Source: a virus. From it: a stretch of DNA of 64,000 bases. The stretch is taken from IMG/VR virus record IMGVR_UViG_3300005264_000022, positions 4,791-68,790 of that record; one strand, written 5' to 3'. Positions within the stretch are counted from its first letter, which is position 1, and every line of letters begins with the position of its first letter. A program made the position numbers and the translations under genes. The notes under the pieces were generated by a model. It saw nothing but the letters and a program-made list of their open reading frames with translations. It had not been told where the DNA came from and searched no databases. Shown here piece after piece: positions 39,724 through 47,595 of this stretch.

Positions 39724-40104
39724 ATGAATTATCGAGTATGGTGTAAAAATAAAAATGAATGGGAGAAAGATGATACAGCTATGCTAAAAGATGGGAGTTT
39801 AATTACATTAAATAATATGCACCCATTAAGAAGGGAAACACATATAGTTGAATTTATGGCAGATATAAAAGATGTACATGGTGTATATGATGGTGATATA
39901 TTGTTTTATAAAGGTAGCAATGGTGAGTTTGGTTATTTTGATAATGATGATCCCGATGGAATATTTGTTGTCAAACTAGAAGAAGGGAAGTTTAAAGCTG
40001 TCTGCCCGTGGTTGTTAGAAGAATGGGATTTAGATGATTTTAATTTTGATAGAGTTATTGGGAATATACATGAAAATAAATGGCTATTGGAGGATGGTAG
40101 ATAA
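39724..40104 (+). CDS. YopX-family protein
   Basis: YRVW...YDGDIL...VIGNIHEN..LL. Confidence 0.88.
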   Translation: MNYRVWCKNKNEWEKDDTAMLKDGSLITLNNMHPLRRETHIVEFMADIKDVHGVYDGDILFYKGSNGEFGYFDNDDPDGIFVVKLEEGKFKAVCPWLLEEWDLDDFNFDRVIGNIHENKWLLEDGR

Positions 40105-40259
40105 ATGTTAGCATGGATTAAACATATATTAAAAGTTAAAGTAAAATATGATAAGGTGAAGTTATGATAAAAATATTAGAAAAGTATTGTAGTGAAAATG
40201 ATATTGATTGTAATGAGTGTAAATATAGAAGAATGTGTAGTAGTATTAGGAGGTAATTT

Positions 40260-40457
40260 ATGGAAATAAATGCAGATATGTTAGATGAAAGGATAGATAA
40301 TGAAATACAAGAAATTTATGAAAATACTTGGAATTTGATTGAAGACTCTATGGACAATATTGAGTATGATTTTGATATAGATGATGATGATATTCTATTA
40401 GATGGAATTAGGGCAGAATTTATTGAAAGATTAAAAAAGAAATTATTTAGTATTTAG
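40260..40457 (+). CDS. Small acidic protein
   Basis: GGAGG RBS; D/E-rich. Confidence 0.6.
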   Translation: MEINADMLDERIDNEIQEIYENTWNLIEDSMDNIEYDFDIDDDDILLDGIRAEFIERLKKKLFSI

Positions 40458-40465
40458 GAGGAATT

Positions 40466-41023
40466 ATGATTAAAATTAATAATTGGGAAGAGTTGCAAAA
40501 ATATGAAATTATGAATCATCCAAAAAGAAAAGACATTAGGATAATGTACAACAATACAGATGTTTGTTTTTACTTTTATGAATTAGAAAAAGCCATAAAG
40601 ATATTAAATGTACTAGGTTGCAGTTTTAAATATATAAAAAACGAAGATTTAGAAAACCTAAAACCAATAGCTAGAAGAATTATAGAACCGAATTTATACG
40701 CAAAAGATAGATATAAAAGTATGCAGAGAATGAAGCTATACTGTATAAAAGAAACCATTAAAGGTTTAGAAAAAGATAAAAAATATAGAGTACAACTAAA
40801 TGGCAATGACTTACATTGTATAATTGACTATGAAGATTATATAGTTGATTGGAGTACATTTTTTAAAGATAAAAATGAGTGGAATAGTTTTGTTAAAGAA
40901 ATTGCAGAAATTATAATTGATTATAAAAAAGAGTTGGATAGAGAAAAAGAAGAATGTTTGGAATCATATGAGCGAGATTATGAATTATATGGGGAAATTA
41001 TATTAACAGGATGTGAATTATGA
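40466..41023 (+). CDS. Hypothetical protein
   Basis: ORF with AGGAGG RBS. Confidence 0.6.
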   Translation: MIKINNWEELQKYEIMNHPKRKDIRIMYNNTDVCFYFYELEKAIKILNVLGCSFKYIKNEDLENLKPIARRIIEPNLYAKDRYKSMQRMKLYCIKETIKGLEKDKKYRVQLNGNDLHCIIDYEDYIVDWSTFFKDKNEWNSFVKEIAEIIIDYKKELDREKEECLESYERDYELYGEIILTGCEL

Positions 41024-41250
41024 TTAAAAATGTGTGGCTATATTCTGTTAGGTATGCTCTAACTAGAAATACTGGAGCTATGTTACAAGTGGCTAGTGAG
41101 ATTATAGAAAATATAGAAATGATTCCAATTAGAGAGAGAAAGCAGATTAAAGCTGAATGTATAGATCATATAGAGATGTATGGTAATAGCTATGGCAATA
41201 AGGGTGAGATAGAAGATGTTATCAGTGTGATTATTAAGAAGGAGGGATGA
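41020..41250 (+). CDS. Hypothetical phage protein
   Basis: SVRYALTR.T motif; start coupled to upstream stop. Confidence 0.6.
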   Translation: MIKNVWLYSVRYALTRNTGAMLQVASEIIENIEMIPIRERKQIKAECIDHIEMYGNSYGNKGEIEDVISVIIKKEG

Positions 41251-41474
41251 TGACTAAATTTTTAAGGAAACTATTAACAAAAAATAATAAACGTATTCCA
41301 TTGTATAGAGTTAATTTTAACTTAGAGAAATATAGAAAAGGTGAGCCTAGTTGTAATGTAGCATGGCATCCAAATATACAGAAATTATCTATTGAAAATA
41401 AGAGTGAAATATATAAACATATGAAAGCAGTTGCGGACATAATTAGAGATAATTTAGACATGGAGGATATGTAA
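41247..41474 (+). CDS. Hypothetical protein
   Basis: ORF with RBS. Confidence 0.55.
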   Translation: MMTKFLRKLLTKNNKRIPLYRVNFNLEKYRKGEPSCNVAWHPNIQKLSIENKSEIYKHMKAVADIIRDNLDMEDM

Positions 41475-41647
41475 TTTGAATATAGAATATATTAGAGATG
41501 GAAAGTATAGGATAGATGGTGAATTGTATGAAATGCAGAATTGTATAAACCCGTATGATGAATGTGAAGGTTGTGCATTTGAGGACTGTTGTGGAGATCA
41601 AGAATTTTATTGTGTTAAATATGAGAGTTGTAATTTTAGGAGATTAG

Positions 41648-43120
41648 ATGAATAATTATACAGATGAGCAATTAGCAATAATAAATAGTAAGGATAAAGT
41701 TATAATAGGTGAAGCAGTGAGCGGATCAGGAAAATCTAGCACTGCGGTAGGTTTTGCGAAAAAAAGAAGAAACAAAAAGATACTGTATTGCGTATATAAC
41801 GCCTCCATGAAAAAAGAGAGTGATAGAGATTTTAAGCATTTATCTAATGTGACAGTAAAAACTACTCATGGACTCGCATATGCAAAGTTTGGGTTTAAAT
41901 ATAAGAATAAATTGTTGAGAGGAAGTTATAGAGTTACAGATACTATAAAGGATTTAAGATTAGGCAGAAAAGATTTCGACTTTGCTAGTCAAATATTAGA
42001 TATGTATAATTATTATTTAATCTCTGATTTTGATACTATTGAAGAAGCAGTTGGCGTTAAATATGAAAATGATACTACTATTAAAAAGAATTTAATAAAA
42101 TATATTAATAAGCTATGGAAGAAGAAAGTTGATGTTAGTAGTGGGGTTGGGATAAGCCATAACTTCTACTTAAAATTATACCAATTATCTAAGCCTAATT
42201 TGGGAAACGAGTATGATATTTTAATACTAGATGAGCTACAGGATGGAAATATGATAATATTAGACTTATTGAATAATGCCAGTTGCGAACAAAAATTATG
42301 TTTAGGAGATTCTCGGCAACAAATTTATTCATGGAATGGGGCAAAGAACGCACTACAGAGAATAAACGGTACTAGATATTCTTTATCTAACTCATTTAGA
42401 GTTGGGCAAAGAACTGCGGAAATATGTAACTATATCTACAAGGAATTTCTTAATGAGGATTTAAACATGAAAGGCTTAAATACTAATCATAATATATACT
42501 CACATAAGAGCCTTGACGTGTACTCTAAGAGCAATCTAACAGTTATATGTAGGAGAAACTCAACTGTATTAGAACACGCCCTAGAATCGGTTCTGAGAGG
42601 TCGTAGCATATGTTTCATAGGTGGAATTAAAGGATATAAATTAGATCTATATAAATCTGCATATTATTTTATGGTAATGGGAACATCAAAAGATCCAATG
42701 CTATCTAAATATTCTTCATGGAAAGAAATGGTAGACTGTGCAGAGGAGACGGAAGATACGGAACTAAAATCAATAATTGGAATAGTTAAAAGATATAATA
42801 CTAAAATTCCCGAAGGTGTTGAGAAAATAAAGGAATGTGTTACAACAGATATGAAAAATGCAGATATAATATTAACCACCGCTCATAAGTCTAAAGGATT
42901 AACTATTATGGGTGAAGGAACTTTGATAGCAAGTGATATGATTAGTTTATGCGAACTAAAAGAGTCTATTATAGGAATAGCTCAGAGTGGTGATGTAAAG
43001 TATGCTATGCAATATTTAGAAGATAATAGAGAGGAGTTAAATTTGTTATATGTAGCATTAACTAGGTCAAAGACAAATTTGTATTTAAATGACGATATTA
43101 TAAAATATTTAAGAGGGTAA
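41648..43120 (+). CDS. UvrD-like superfamily 1 helicase
   Basis: TDEQ, GSGKSS, DELQD, GD.RQQIY, SFR, TAHKSKGL and YVALTR. Confidence 0.93.
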   Translation: MNNYTDEQLAIINSKDKVIIGEAVSGSGKSSTAVGFAKKRRNKKILYCVYNASMKKESDRDFKHLSNVTVKTTHGLAYAKFGFKYKNKLLRGSYRVTDTIKDLRLGRKDFDFASQILDMYNYYLISDFDTIEEAVGVKYENDTTIKKNLIKYINKLWKKKVDVSSGVGISHNFYLKLYQLSKPNLGNEYDILILDELQDGNMIILDLLNNASCEQKLCLGDSRQQIYSWNGAKNALQRINGTRYSLSNSFRVGQRTAEICNYIYKEFLNEDLNMKGLNTNHNIYSHKSLDVYSKSNLTVICRRNSTVLEHALESVLRGRSICFIGGIKGYKLDLYKSAYYFMVMGTSKDPMLSKYSSWKEMVDCAEETEDTELKSIIGIVKRYNTKIPEGVEKIKECVTTDMKNADIILTTAHKSKGLTIMGEGTLIASDMISLCELKESIIGIAQSGDVKYAMQYLEDNREELNLLYVALTRSKTNLYLNDDIIKYLRG

Positions 43121-43125
43121 TACGT

Positions 43126-43152
43126 TGACACAACTTTCTGCGTGTCTTATAT
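43126..43152 (+). promoter_or_regulatory. Putative phage-sigma (late) promoter, overlapping a sigma70-like TTGACA-N17-TATATA
   Basis: TGACA-N13-GTCTTATAT. Confidence 0.6.
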
Positions 43153-43260
43153 AGATGAGTTGATTAATTTCGACTCCCTCATCTCTTTTCATGTATCCTT
43201 TTAAATCGCTCTTGGGTGGTGGCGTAAAAGGATTTAGTATTACCTCACCGCCCATCAAGA
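43153..43260 (+). ncRNA. Candidate small structured RNA (hairpin plus pseudoknot or switch)
   Basis: AGATGAG/CTCATCT; ATCCTTTTA..CGC/GCG.TAAAAGGAT, whose loop TCTTGGGTGGTG is complementary to CACCGCC..CAAGA. Confidence 0.5.
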
Positions 43261-43269
43261 TAAAAAGTG

Positions 43270-43298
43270 TTGACAATCGCAATTGATTGTGTTATAAT
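43270..43298 (+). promoter_or_regulatory. Sigma70 consensus promoter for the RNA island
   Basis: TTGACA-N17-TATAAT. Confidence 0.85.
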
Positions 43299-43374
43299 AA
43301 TTTTAGTTATAAGTGATTAGGCACTATAAAGAGGGATACGAAATTTATATACCACCTAGAGATAATATATGGGA

Positions 43375-43488
43375 AGAACGTTAGGATTTATTCGTGCAAT
43401 GGGATAGCGTTCACGATAGAGAGGTTTGGGTATTTTCTATCAAAGCAATAAGTCGAGAACAGCGGACGGGACTACAAACCTCACCGCA
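43375..43488 (+). ncRNA. Candidate structured RNA with kissing loops
   Basis: GAACGTTA/TAGCGTTC stem; the GATAGA/TCTATC loop GAGGTTTG is complementary to CAAACCTC in the GCGG/CCGC loop. Confidence 0.4.
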
Positions 43489-43493
43489 CATAT

Positions 43494-43567
43494 GGATATT
43501 TAGCTCAAATGGTAGAGGAGCTGTCGGCACAGGCGGTTAGTTGTGGGTTCAAATCCCATAATATCCA
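43494..43567 (+). tRNA. tRNA-like element with no canonical anticodon arm (pseudo-tRNA)
   Basis: Acceptor GGATATT/AATATCC, D arm TAGCTCAAATGGTAGAG and T arm GTGGG-TTCAAAT-CCCAT; anticodon loop aberrant. Confidence 0.75.
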
Positions 43568-43599
43568 AAACTATTATTAAATAGTGATGTAACTATTAA

Positions 43600-44157
43600 C
43601 TATCGGTGCTAGTAGATCCGATTAATTAAAATAACTCTAAAGGAGTAGAGACTTCCTATATGTAGAATAAAAGTTGACGGCAAAACTGTTACAAGACGCT
43701 TGGCTATATGTCATAAAAGTATCAGTCCGATTATAAGATGTCGGTTAAAATTGAGGTTGCAAACTCAATATCTTTTAGAATTATTCCATATATACTTAGT
43801 AGCGAAAGACAATCACCTCTCATAGAAGTGTCTCATGTGTCTCCTAGTAATAGGACGGATTGAAAGGTATATCCTTATAAGATGGAGTAAAATAAAAACC
43901 AATTCGAAAGCTCAATCGTTAAGAGCATTAAAAAAGTATGGCTTATGCTTAGGTCGGTAGATTAATTTCTGAAAGTAATTCGAGGTTATAATTGGACGTG
44001 CCTTGAATGATAAGTATTTTATATGATGACCTCTTAGAGCCAAGAGGTAGCTAATCAAAAGAAGGCTCAATCAGAAGAAAAAGATTTTGTATCAACTTAT
44101 CATTTATTTGAAAGGAGGTCAACATTATCTCGGCATCTGCCCTCCGTTATGGGTAGT
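43600..44157 (+). ncRNA. Candidate large ornate ncRNA (ROOL/GOLLD-like size and context)
   Basis: About 550 nt without a track ORF between two tRNA genes; nested long-range helices with G-U pairs favouring the + strand, and a GNRA loop. Ends approximate. Confidence 0.65.
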
Positions 44158-44163
44158 AAATAT

Positions 44164-44238
44164 AATCCGTTGGTGTAATTAGTAGCACGAGATTCTCCAA
44201 AAATTTAAGCGAGGGAGCATAACCTTCACGGATTGCCA
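44164..44238 (+). tRNA. tRNA-Trp(CCA) with atypical T-loop
   Basis: Acceptor AATCCGT/ACGGATT, discriminator G, encoded CCA; anticodon loop CTCCAAA; T-loop AGCATAA. Confidence 0.85.
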
Positions 44239-44379
44239 AATAAGATAAAGCGAGTGTAAAAGTTTCAAACTTTACCTCATACACAATCTTATAATAATGA
44301 AGCTAGTAGTCAGTAAGAACGTTCCTCGAACTCTAGGAATCTACTGTTTTCGCTACTCGCTTAACTTATAGGAGGTTTA

Positions 44380-45084
44380 ATGGATTTAATAAAGATTGAA
44401 AGAAATGAAGATTATGGATTAGTAGTATCAAGTAGGACGATAGCAAGTGAATTAGAAAAACAACATAGCGATGTGGTTAAAAAGATAAAAAATGTGTTAG
44501 AAAGTGGAACGGAAAGTTTTCCTGTCCAGTATATGAACAGAGGAAAGGAATCTACTGAACACTTATTAACTAAAGATGGCTTTGTGTTATTAGTTATGAA
44601 TTATGTTGGATATAATGACTTTAAAAGATCTTACATTAATAAGTTTAATGAAATGGAAAAACAATTAAATTCAATTACAAAAAAGAAAATGTTACTAGCA
44701 GACTTATTTGATGAAGATAAAATGATTGTAGTGCAAGCACATAAAGAATTAGTTAGATTGGAAACCGCACCTTTAATAGAAAAGATTGCATTAGATGAAC
44801 CTAAAGTAGAATACCATGATAAAGTTTTAGATACTGACAGTTCATTCACTACAACACAGATAGCAAAGGAAGTAGAAATGACTGCTAGAAGTTTAAATAT
44901 AGTATTAGAGCAAGAGGGTATTCAATTCAAACAATCTAAACAATGGATGTTGAGAGCTAAATATCAAGATATGGGATTAGTTAAGACTAGAACATATGTT
45001 ACAGATTGTGGAATATCATCACACGCTACAGTATGGACAGAAAAAGGTAGACAATTCATACAAGAATTATTATTAGATATATAA
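44380..45084 (+). CDS. Rha plus KilAC antirepressor
   Basis: VSSRTIA.ELEKQH, LTKDGF.LLVM, YI.KFNEME; PKVEY.D, TQIAKE and WTEKGR.FI. Confidence 0.9.
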   Translation: MDLIKIERNEDYGLVVSSRTIASELEKQHSDVVKKIKNVLESGTESFPVQYMNRGKESTEHLLTKDGFVLLVMNYVGYNDFKRSYINKFNEMEKQLNSITKKKMLLADLFDEDKMIVVQAHKELVRLETAPLIEKIALDEPKVEYHDKVLDTDSSFTTTQIAKEVEMTARSLNIVLEQEGIQFKQSKQWMLRAKYQDMGLVKTRTYVTDCGISSHATVWTEKGRQFIQELLLDI

Positions 45085-45099
45085 AAAATAGGAGATGAT

Positions 45100-45390
45100 G
45101 TGATGCAAGAAGGATTATTGAAATTTGGAGAAGCAATCAAACAAATGAAAATGGGTAAAAAAATAGCTAGAAATGGTTGGAATGGAAAAGAAATGTACGT
45201 AGTATATATGAAAGGGTATCCAAATGGAATAGGAGCTAATAAAAATACAGCAGATGCTTATGGTGTAGAAGAGGGTACTATAATGAAATTTAGACCATAT
45301 ATGCAACTCAAAACTGCACAAAACGACATAGCTATGTGGAGTCCAAGTGGTTCTGATACATTAGCGGAGGATTGGATAGCGGTGGGATAA
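45100..45390 (+). CDS. DUF2829 / Tad2-like anti-defence sponge protein
   Basis: FGEAI..MK.GKKIAR.GWNGK.M...PY...KTA....WSPS.SD.LAEDW. Confidence 0.85.
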   Translation: MMQEGLLKFGEAIKQMKMGKKIARNGWNGKEMYVVYMKGYPNGIGANKNTADAYGVEEGTIMKFRPYMQLKTAQNDIAMWSPSGSDTLAEDWIAVG

Positions 45391-45479
45391 TTAAATAAGA
45401 AGTGATAGCTAAGATATTGTTTCTTGGCTATTTTTATTTTATAATATGTGAAATTATTAACAAAATTAAGGAGGAATAT

Positions 45480-46184
45480 ATGAGTAAATTAAAGAGGAGT
45501 TTAGCATCAGAAAGAAAGTATCAAAAGTTTTATTTAGACAAAGAATCGGTACCCGAAAATAATGTAAGTCCAGTTATCATTTACGAGAAACCTAGAAATC
45601 CATTGACTATAAATAGCTTAATGGGTATAAATTATCAAGCGGTGTCAAAGGAGAAATTAACACACAATGTAATTAATCAATGGCACATAGAAGAGGCTCT
45701 TAGAAGAGAAATGGCACACGAGAGAATAAGATCTAATATCTTAGCTAGGAGAATGATTGCTAACGGCTTAAACGCCACACTAGAGCTTGATGAGATTAAG
45801 GAATATGAAGAAGGTTTAACTAATGTAATACAAGATGATATTGATATGGTTATGGAAAAAGCTCCTAGAGGTATTCGTGAGGAAATATTAATAAGAGTTA
45901 AAAATGAAATGGCTAAAGTATCTATTGAAATCAAACAGGATTATGAATATAATTTATTTAGAATTGATACGCAATTAGCATACCTAGATTCATTAATGGC
46001 GGATGTTATTTCTGCACAAGATAGAAGGATTTCATTGAAAGATAAAACATCTATTTTGCAAAGGTTATCTAAAGAGCAAAGAGAGGCTATTAAAATGAAG
46101 AAGGAAATATTGCAAGATATGGGTGTCAATCTAAAAGAAGTGAGTAATATATGTTGGATTTATCACTGTCTAGGGACGAGATAG
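45480..46184 (+). CDS. Probable terminase small subunit or N-terminal terminase part
   Basis: Helical ORF upstream of TerL; AGGAGG before ATG 45480; overlaps the next ORF out of frame. Confidence 0.5.
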   Translation: MSKLKRSLASERKYQKFYLDKESVPENNVSPVIIYEKPRNPLTINSLMGINYQAVSKEKLTHNVINQWHIEEALRREMAHERIRSNILARRMIANGLNATLELDEIKEYEEGLTNVIQDDIDMVMEKAPRGIREEILIRVKNEMAKVSIEIKQDYEYNLFRIDTQLAYLDSLMADVISAQDRRISLKDKTSILQRLSKEQREAIKMKKEILQDMGVNLKEVSNICWIYHCLGTR

Positions 46185-46570
46185 AACAACTTAAATCTAT
46201 AGAGGTACTAATAGAAGAGGTAAAATCTACAGAGGACGCAGATGAGCTTATAAAGACCTTAGCTAGTAAACATAATATAGTTAAATCATATCTGAGTGAA
46301 CTTAGACTAGCCAATATGCCAGAAAAAGATGTCAAGTATGTAAAAGATGTCAATGCTAGAGTATGGGGTATCTTAGAACCTATCTATAACCATTTAGTTG
46401 TAATGGCTAAGGAACATATGAATCAATGGTATAAGAGGATTAAGAGAGAGAGTGGGGCTATCGATCCCAAGTTATATGATTATCAAGAAGATTTAGCTAA
46501 TTTTTTACTAGAAGCTATAATAAAAAATGAATTAACAGACACGATATATACGTTGGTACTATCAAGGGGT
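46151..46570 (+). CDS. terL: Terminase large subunit, exon 1
   Basis: LYDYQ adenine-binding motif; ends LSRG, the first half of Walker A. Confidence 0.8.
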
Positions 46571-46936
46571 GAATGAGTTGCCCTCCTATATAGAAATATA
46601 TAGGTAATAATTCTGCTTAACCTAGAAATCTAGGGTGTGGTGCTAGTATAGTACTGCTAACGGTTGATAGCTGAAGCTCCTGTCGTGAGACATAGGTATG
46701 CCAATCCCGTGCAAGAAGGTGTTATGAGAGATTTATAACACTGGCGAAGTGTAACGATCAGACGAATATTGAAAGTAACGCATAAGGTTATTAGTAGGTT
46801 AGTAGTCGTAGGTTTAATGCGAAATTCATTATTCCGAAAGAGCAGAGGGCTTAACATTTGAAGATGAAGTCTAAAATATGATCTAGTCCCACTATTAAAT
46901 TAGTGTTAAAATACTACGAAAGTAGGGGTGTCAACG
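46571..46936 (+). mobile_element. Group I intron 1 in terL (no ORF)
   Basis: Exon GGGGT pairs with intron GCCCT, giving U-G at the splice site; GCTAACGG, AATCCCGTG, P7 GATCA/TGATC, terminal G. Splicing restores SRG|SGKT. Confidence 0.88.
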
Positions 46937-47272
46937 AGTGGAAAAACATATACCTTATCCGTGGTAGGAGCGTTCATCACGTTACATCACGACAGTTATA
47001 TTTTACACAATTCCAACACGGATTTTGTAATGATTATATCAGCACCAACACAAAAACAATTATCGGGATTCTATGATAATATATCAGATTTCATGAGTGT
47101 ATCAAAATCAGTAGGTATAATATCAGATAAGAAATCAGAATCCTCTGAATTGAACTTAATTCAGACTAAAGATAATGTAAATGAAACACAATTATCAACC
47201 TCTAGTGGTGCAAGGTTTGCTACTATTTTCTATAGACTAGGAGCAGACTCAATAGAGGGATTACACTGTAAT
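46937..47272 (+). CDS. terL: Terminase large subunit, exon 2
   Basis: SGKT...SAPTQKQ...IEGLHCN. Confidence 0.85.
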
Positions 47273-47595
47273 TAAAATAATGGTTACGTAACTTGGTGAA
47301 CCTATAAATATAGGGTGTCATATTAAATATGGCTAACGGTTTCCCCTTCAGTAATGATGATTGCTATGGCGACATAGTGGGATGTAAGCGAGGCTAACTC
47401 CATAATGGATATGCGAATACCGTGGATTTACTTATGTAGGTCTGTAACGACTAAAATATATCGTATAGATAAGATATAGAGACTGGTAGGATGAAATGCC
47501 TATTGGGTAGCGTCAAGCAACTCTAGTAGTTGAAGAGATAGTCTAGTCCGACTCTTAAATGAGTGTTGAAGTACAGTGAAAACTGCGGTAGTTCG
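47273..47595 (+). mobile_element. Group I intron 2 in terL (no ORF)
   Basis: Exon TGTAAT pairs with GTTACG (U-G); GCTAACGG, AATACCGTG, P7 GACTA/TAGTC, terminal G. Splicing restores EGLHCN|LLMVDEA. Confidence 0.9.

Noticed and set aside
43568-44300. Hammerhead or HDV-like (theta) ribozyme following the tRNAs
   Set aside because: No CTGATGA/GAAA core or nested double-pseudoknot pattern could be identified by eye; a model-based scan is needed to exclude it fully.
43477-44378. AAACCTC in the kissing-loop RNA as antisense to the antirepressor RBS GAGGTTT (C4-like control)
   Set aside because: Only 7 nt, largely generic anti-Shine-Dalgarno complementarity, and a better local partner exists at 43421.
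46657-46857. ORF inside intron 1 as a homing endonuclease
   Set aside because: Antisense, 66 aa, no nuclease motif, and overlaps the catalytic core.
46928-46930. Alternative 3' splice site after G46930, or GTG start for exon 2
   Set aside because: It would give SRGSTSGKT; G46936 gives the canonical SRGSGKT and matches the spacing of the 3' end of intron 2.
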